Below are positions 58,585 through 64,000 of a DNA stretch of 64,000 bases, piece by piece (the stretch's first letter is position 1; each line of letters begins with the position of its first letter). The notes beneath the pieces were generated by a model. The model ran no database searches. It was not told where the DNA came from and saw only the letters and a list, made by a program, of their open reading frames with translations. The position numbers and the translations under genes were made by a program. Location: contig JBGANV010000001.1 in assembly GCA_044222185.1 (NCBI GenBank), positions 2,048,001 through 2,112,000 of the forward strand, written 5' to 3'. The DNA comes from Planctomycetota bacterium (GTDB taxonomy: Bacteria; Planctomycetota; GCA-002687715; CAIWVZ01).

Positions 58585-60834
58585 ATGAGGTTGAAGCGCG
58601 CCGCTTTGGCGTTCACACGAACGCCGAAGCGCTGGATCGACGGCTGGAGCCCGTGCCTCGACGCACGACGGCGCGGGCCCACGCCCGTGCTTCGAGCCAT
58701 CGTTGCGACCTTGTGCTTCGCCACGGCGTCGGCCGGAGAGCTGTCCGCCCAAGCCCACACGCGCGGAAGCGGTCAGATCATCCTCGCGTCGCGCTGGAAC
58801 GACGAACCGGTCGTGGAAGTCGCCGCCGGAAAGGACCACGCGTTGGCGCGCCGCGGCGACGGCACCGTCGTCGCCTGGGGGCGCAACGTCGAAGGCCAAT
58901 GCAACGTGCCAACCCTTCCGCCGGGCGTCGTCTTCGTCGCCATCGCCGCGGGCGGCAACAACTCGCTCGCGAAACGAAGCGATGGATTGGTCGTCGAGTG
59001 GGGCGACAACACGTTCAATCAGAACACGGTACCGGCACCGCCAGCCGGAACGTCCTACGTCGAGTTCTCCATGGGCCTGAGCTTCACGCTCGCGCGCCGG
59101 AGCGACGGAGTGGTCAGGGGCTGGGGTGCAACGACGTTCGGACAGGCCAACGTCCCCGCTCCAGCGGCGGGGGTGACGTACACGAGGTTCAAGGCCGGCG
59201 CCTACCACGGGATCGGCCTGCGCAGCAACGGAACGGTCGCGACGTGGGGGCTGTGCCTCGGCGGCGCATGCGCCGTCCCGTCACTGCCCGGTGGCGTCGT
59301 GTGGGTGGACGTCGCCGCTGGCGAAGGCTGGTCCACGGGACTGCGCAGTGACGGCTCCGTCGTGGGCTGGGGAAGCGGGACGACGTCGTCGATCGCGGCA
59401 TCGCTGGTGCCCGCTCTTCCACCAGGCGTGTTCTATGACGCCGTCCTGACGGGCTGGGGATTCCCGGTGGCACGCCTCACCGATGGAACCTACGTGGGTT
59501 GGGGTTACCTGGGAGCCAATGCTCCCGCTCCGCCTCCCCCGCCTGTTGGGATGTCATACACGAGCGTGGGCAGCGGGCGGCTCGCCGGCGTTGCTGCGCG
59601 ATCCGACGGACTTCTCGTCCCCTTCGGTGACAACGCAGCCGGGCAGATGAACGTGCCGGCGCTCCCGCCCGGGATCTCGTACTTCGATGTGAAGACGACC
59701 TCGACCCACACCCTCGCATTGCGAAGCGACGGCATCGTGGTCGCCTGGGGGACCAACGCGAACGGCGAGCTCTTCGTCCCCGCCTTCCCGCCAGGCGTCC
59801 TCGGCACCAAGATCGCCGCGGGTGCCACGCACAGTGCGGCCCTGCTGAGCGACGGGTCGATCACGGCCTGGGGCAATACGCAGAACAACCTCACGTTCAC
59901 TCCGCCGCTCCCGCCGGGGGTCACGTACACGGACGTCGCCGCGGGAGACCTGCACGACTTCGCGCAGCGCAGCGACGGAACGGTGGTGGCCTGGGGTGAC
60001 AACACCTACGGGCAGTTGAACATCCCCGCTCCGCCCAGCGGTCAGACCTACAACGTGATCGCCGCGGGACCGCGCAGCAGCTTCGCGGCGCGCAGCGACG
60101 GCGTGATGCTCGCGGCCGGGCAGAACCTCTACAACAACCTGAACGTGCCCGCGCTTCCGCCGGGCGTGTTCTACGTGCAGGTCGCGGCCTCGCTCGAGCA
60201 CACGCTCGCGCGGCTGAGCAACGGCACGGCCATCGCGTGGGGTTGGAATGCCTACGGCCAATGCAACGTGCCCGCGCTCCCGCCGGGAGTGAGCTACACC
60301 GACATCGCGGTCGGGAGCCAGTTCAGCCTGGCGCTACGCAGTGACGGCGTACTCGTGACCTGGGGGAACAACGGCGCGCACCAGCTCGACATCCCCCCGC
60401 TGCCGGCAGGCCTCGTGTACACGGGCATCGCCGCACGCGATGCGGAGGTCATCACGCTCGACAGTCCATCCGTGCCCGGCGTCCTCGAGCTCCACTTCTC
60501 ACAGCCATCGGGGCCCGGGACCGGCCTCGCCATCGCCGAGTTCGGCCTCACGGCGGGTCGCGAGTACCGCACGATCTTCAGCCTGGATCTCTGCCCCGCG
60601 GGTCCCGGGACGGGCCCGCTCGGCGGGTTGTGTTTCAACAACCTCTCGTTCCTCGGACTGCAGGTCCTCTACCCCGTCAACGCATTGCCGTTCCACTTCG
60701 CGCCGTTCGGGCCCGTCAACGTCTTCGGACCCTATCGGCTCCAACCGGGGCTCACGTTCGAAGCCATCACCGTGGACGTGACGAACGGGGTCCCGGGGCT
60801 GATATCACCAGCCGTGCGGTATTCGGTGCTCTGA
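58585..60834 (+). CDS. Secreted RCC1/BLIP-II-like repeat protein (~14 repeats) plus C-terminal domain
   Basis: Thirteen full ~40-aa units (VPALPPGV.Y..IAAG..H.LA.RSDG.VV.WG.N..GQ) and one partial; start 58585 (GGAGGT) or 58687. Confidence 0.88.
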   Translation: MRLKRAALAFTRTPKRWIDGWSPCLDARRRGPTPVLRAIVATLCFATASAGELSAQAHTRGSGQIILASRWNDEPVVEVAAGKDHALARRGDGTVVAWGRNVEGQCNVPTLPPGVVFVAIAAGGNNSLAKRSDGLVVEWGDNTFNQNTVPAPPAGTSYVEFSMGLSFTLARRSDGVVRGWGATTFGQANVPAPAAGVTYTRFKAGAYHGIGLRSNGTVATWGLCLGGACAVPSLPGGVVWVDVAAGEGWSTGLRSDGSVVGWGSGTTSSIAASLVPALPPGVFYDAVLTGWGFPVARLTDGTYVGWGYLGANAPAPPPPPVGMSYTSVGSGRLAGVAARSDGLLVPFGDNAAGQMNVPALPPGISYFDVKTTSTHTLALRSDGIVVAWGTNANGELFVPAFPPGVLGTKIAAGATHSAALLSDGSITAWGNTQNNLTFTPPLPPGVTYTDVAAGDLHDFAQRSDGTVVAWGDNTYGQLNIPAPPSGQTYNVIAAGPRSSFAARSDGVMLAAGQNLYNNLNVPALPPGVFYVQVAASLEHTLARLSNGTAIAWGWNAYGQCNVPALPPGVSYTDIAVGSQFSLALRSDGVLVTWGNNGAHQLDIPPLPAGLVYTGIAARDAEVITLDSPSVPGVLELHFSQPSGPGTGLAIAEFGLTAGREYRTIFSLDLCPAGPGTGPLGGLCFNNLSFLGLQVLYPVNALPFHFAPFGPVNVFGPYRLQPGLTFEAITVDVTNGVPGLISPAVRYSVL

Positions 60835-60921
60835 CGTCCGCGGCGCGTCCGCGTTGCGAACGTCCTCGGCCGGGCGGTGCCGCCGCGTGCGACGACATCG
60901 CGGCGGGCACACGCCGCGCCG

Positions 60922-61779
60922 TCACTTCTTCGCCGGAGCCATCCACTCCTCGAGCAGCTTGCGGAGCCCGGCGATGTACTCCTTCGGCGCCTTTCCCTCC
61001 GCGATCTCAGCGGCCTTCTCCACGCAGGGCACGGCTTCGTCGCCACGGCCGAGTTGTTTGAGGATCCGCCCCTTCCACTCCCACGCCCAGAAGCTGTTGC
61101 TCGCGACGCGAGCCTCTTCGGCCCAGCCGAGCGCCTCCGTGAGCCGCGTGCCCTTGTTGCTGTAGTACTTGGCCGCCTGCAACAGCGGCGCCACGTCCTC
61201 TTTCTTGCGAGTCGCGAGCGCAGTCGCGAGCTTGCGGTCGACGATGGCGCTCACGTCGACGTGCACGCGGAACGACCAGCGGATCCGATCCCAGCGGAAC
61301 GACACCTCGGCGTTCTCGTCGTCGACGGGATCGATCGCGAGAGTCATCCATTCGCAGACGTCGGCTCGGGACTCCGCCTTCACGTCGAAGCGAAGCACGT
61401 CCGCTTTCTCGTCGTAGAAGTACGAACCCCACTGTTTGGCCTGCCGATTGAGGATGATCGTCCACGCATCGTCCTTGACCGTCGCGAAGAGGGCGTACGT
61501 ACCGGCCGCCAGCTCCTTCCCGGCGATCGTGCACGGGTCTCCAACCTCGAACGTCGTGGCTTCGTTCGCACCGAGACGCCAGACCACGCCCGCGTTCGCG
61601 ATCTCCTTGCGCAGGTCGCGTCCCTTCACGGCGGGCCGGTGATAGCGAACCTCGATCTTCGTGGTGCCGACCACGAGGCTCGAAGATGCCGCCGGGCTCG
61701 GCCATGGCGTGAGGGGCTCCTGTGAGATCAGGTCGACCGAACAGACCATCGCCAGGATCAACGCAGCGGAACGAATCAT
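60922..61779 (-). CDS. DUF2911 domain protein with C-terminal TPR
   Basis: YHRPAVKGR, VWRLGANEAT, LAAGTYALF, WTIILN, QWGSYFYD..DVLR; AGGAG RBS; signal peptide. Confidence 0.9.
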   Translation of the reverse strand: MIRSAALILAMVCSVDLISQEPLTPWPSPAASSSLVVGTTKIEVRYHRPAVKGRDLRKEIANAGVVWRLGANEATTFEVGDPCTIAGKELAAGTYALFATVKDDAWTIILNRQAKQWGSYFYDEKADVLRFDVKAESRADVCEWMTLAIDPVDDENAEVSFRWDRIRWSFRVHVDVSAIVDRKLATALATRKKEDVAPLLQAAKYYSNKGTRLTEALGWAEEARVASNSFWAWEWKGRILKQLGRGDEAVPCVEKAAEIAEGKAPKEYIAGLRKLLEEWMAPAKK

Positions 61780-62100
61780 GAGAACTCCTCAGGTAGGGGC
61801 CGTGTCACGATGTCTCAGGTCGGAAAAAGCTTACGAGGTCGACCGAAAACCCGTCCACCGTGTTCCTCTTAACCGAGTGTGTCGGATTCGTTGGACGGAC
61901 GAGACCAAACAGCCGGTTTGACTCTCCTTCGCGAAATGCTGATGATCCGGCCGCAACCTTTCCGGGACGGCCTCGACGTCCCCCGCATGCAGCCGCGAAT
62001 CGACGCGAAGGTCGCCGCGGGCAGGCGCAATGGCACGTACTTGCCGTCACGCTGACGGACTCGTCCCTACCCGCGAACCACGCAACCCAGGAGTGATCGA

Positions 62101-63588
62101 ATGTCCAGGATCGCCAACGTCCGGCGCGCGCTCGGCGCCGTTCTCGTCACCCTCTGCATCTCCCTCGGATCGACGGCCTCTGCGCAGTCACCCATCGGAA
62201 CCGGGAACCTGGTCGCCGTCCGCATCGGCGACGGCGTGGCCGCGCTCAGCGGTTCGTCCCAGGCGACGTTCCTGGACGAATTCACGACGGCAGGAACTGC
62301 CGTGCAGTCCGTCGCCATGCCGACGGCGGTGAGCGGAACCAACTACCGGCTCACGAACTCGGGCACGGCGACGTCCGAAGGCAACCTGAACCTGTCGACC
62401 GATGGCCGCTACTTGATCCTGTGCGGGTACGACGCGGCGCCCGGAACGACCGGCATCGCAGCCACGACCACCAGCGGCGCCACCGCCGTCCTCCGCGTGA
62501 TCGGCCGCGTCGATCGCAACCTCGGCATCGACACGACGACGGGTCTCACGGCGTACTCCGCCACGAACATCCGCTCGGCGACGAGCGTCACGGGCAACGA
62601 TTTCTGGGTCGGTGGACCGACGAACGGCGTCAGCTACGTGCCCAGCGTCGGCGCGACGACCTCCACCCAACTCGTGACGAACCCGAACAACATCCGCGTC
62701 GTTCGGATCTTCGGCGGCCAGCTCTTCACCGGTTCCGCCACGGGTGCGTACCAGGGCGTGAGCGCCGTGGGCGTCGGGACTCCGACCACGTCGGGACAGA
62801 CTCTCTCGCTCCTCCCGGGATTCCCCACGGCGACCGGTCCATCGGCCTATGACTTCTTCTTCGCGGACGCGAACACGCTCTACGTGGCCGACGACCGCAC
62901 GAACGGGTCGGGCGGGATCCAGAAGTGGGTTCTCACGGCCGGGACGTGGACGCTCCAGTACACGCTCGCCATCGCGCCGACGGTCGGCTGCCGCGGCCTC
63001 ACCGGCGTCGTCTCGCTCGGCACGACCACGCTCTATGCCACCACGACGGAATCGAGCGCGAATCGCATCGTGACGGTGACGGATGCGGGCGCGGGATCGC
63101 CCTTCACCGTTCTCGCCACGGCCGCCGTGAACACGGTGTACCGCGGCCTCCGCTTCATGACGCCTCTCGCGAGCGTGAGCGTCGTCGGAACCGGCTGCCC
63201 GGGTACGGGCTCGCTCGTTCCCACGCTCTCCACGTCGCAGCTGCCGTTCCTCGGCAACCTCGGTTTCTCGGTCGACGTCGCGCAGGGTGCGTCCGGCTCG
63301 GCGGCCTTCCTCTACGTGTCGCTCGGGACGGATCCGAACGGCGTGGCCGTCGGTGGCGGCTGCACCGTCTACCTCGATTTCCCGAGCCTCCTGATCCTGC
63401 TCCAGGCGAACATCACGCCTACGGGCCCGGTGCCCACGGGCATCGCCGGTGACGCCGTGATTCCGTTCCCGATCCCGGATCTGGCGCAGCTCGCCGGTCT
63501 GCACGTCGGGTTCCAGTCGGCGATCGTGGATGCCGGCTCACCGCTCGGGCTCACGCTCACCAACGCGCTCGACTGCGTCCTGAACTGA
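62101..63588 (+). CDS. Secreted Thr/Gly-rich beta-propeller-like protein plus C-terminal domain
   Basis: Signal peptide ending TASA-Q; GNLVAVRIGDG..FLDEFTTAG..SGTATSEG.L.LS.DGRYL, LYVADD..GGIQKW; AGGAG RBS. Confidence 0.85.
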   Translation: MSRIANVRRALGAVLVTLCISLGSTASAQSPIGTGNLVAVRIGDGVAALSGSSQATFLDEFTTAGTAVQSVAMPTAVSGTNYRLTNSGTATSEGNLNLSTDGRYLILCGYDAAPGTTGIAATTTSGATAVLRVIGRVDRNLGIDTTTGLTAYSATNIRSATSVTGNDFWVGGPTNGVSYVPSVGATTSTQLVTNPNNIRVVRIFGGQLFTGSATGAYQGVSAVGVGTPTTSGQTLSLLPGFPTATGPSAYDFFFADANTLYVADDRTNGSGGIQKWVLTAGTWTLQYTLAIAPTVGCRGLTGVVSLGTTTLYATTTESSANRIVTVTDAGAGSPFTVLATAAVNTVYRGLRFMTPLASVSVVGTGCPGTGSLVPTLSTSQLPFLGNLGFSVDVAQGASGSAAFLYVSLGTDPNGVAVGGGCTVYLDFPSLLILLQANITPTGPVPTGIAGDAVIPFPIPDLAQLAGLHVGFQSAIVDAGSPLGLTLTNALDCVLN

Positions 63589-63640
63589 CGCGCGGAATGC
63601 GCTCGCACCGGCGTCGGCCCGTCGCGGGCCGGCCCGGTGA

Positions 63641-64000
63641 TCAATCGAGCAGTGTCACACCGAGGATCACGTCTCCCGGGACGAGAGCGTCGACGACGTC
63701 CATCCCGGACTCGACGTCACCGAAGTTCGTGTAGCGGCCGTCGAGGTGCGGTGTTGCGCGGTGGCAGATGAAGAACTGGCTGCCACCCGTGTCCTTGCCG
63801 GCGAGCGCCATTCCCACGGACCCGCGAACGTAGGGGCGGGCATTCAGCTCGCAGCGAATCGTGTAGCCGGGGCCGCCCCAGCCATCGCCGCGCGGGCATC
63901 CCGCCTGGGCGACGAACGCGGGCACGACGCGGTGCCACAGGATGCCGTCGTAGAAGCCCGACTTCGCGAGGCGCACGAAGTTCGAGACGGTGATCGGCGC
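63641..64000 (-). CDS. Cyclophilin-type PPIase, C-terminal part (runs off the window)
   Basis: [47 protein letters not shown]. Confidence 0.92.
   Translation of the reverse strand, partial: APITVSNFVRLAKSGFYDGILWHRVVPAFVAQAGCPRGDGWGGPGYTIRCELNARPYVRGSVGMALAGKDTGGSQFFICHRATPHLDGRYTNFGDVESGMDVVDALVPGDVILGVTLLD

Noticed and set aside
58800-60440. RCC1 repeats as a DGR template/variable pair or CRISPR
   Set aside because: Divergence is protein-level and not adenine-specific by eye; no reverse transcriptase in the window.
62031-62044. Sigma-54-like promoter TGGCACGTACTTGC upstream of 62101
   Set aside because: GG-to-GC spacing is one base shorter than the strict -24/-12 consensus.

Overview
GC-rich bacterial chromosomal window. 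Gene style (large TPR/HEAT and secreted proteins, a Hanks kinase, TPR-flanked alpha-2-macroglobulin) suggests a Planctomycetota-like organism; this is inference only. I can support about 44 CDS and one tRNA-Val(CAC), and I see no integrase, transposase, CRISPR array or rRNA. Housekeeping and transport genes include lysS, aroA, a glycerophosphodiesterase, a ClC-CBS-TrkA_C transporter, an SSS symporter, FKBP and cyclophilin PPIases, a radical SAM protein and a class V aminotransferase. Accessory blocks are a copper cluster (YHS protein, heavy-metal-binding protein, TolC, two-domain multicopper oxidase) and a group of secreted proteins at 53.5-63.6 kb. Best candidate for an undescribed system: six ORFs, five with signal peptides and three with unrelated passenger domains, end in what looks like a shared ~110-140 aa C-terminal domain (P..P.LAG....Q ... 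[ST]N, then a short hydrophobic strand and stop), a possible lineage-specific sorting or anchoring module. Second theme: many full-length enzyme homologues appear to lack catalytic residues (ELFV dehydrogenase, SdhC-like protein, amidohydrolase, CHAT protease, A2M thioester, double glycosyltransferase with a charged disordered linker). Third: several genes look leaderless, including a 33-bp back-to-back promoter pair. All family calls are by-eye motif recognition; no searches were run.
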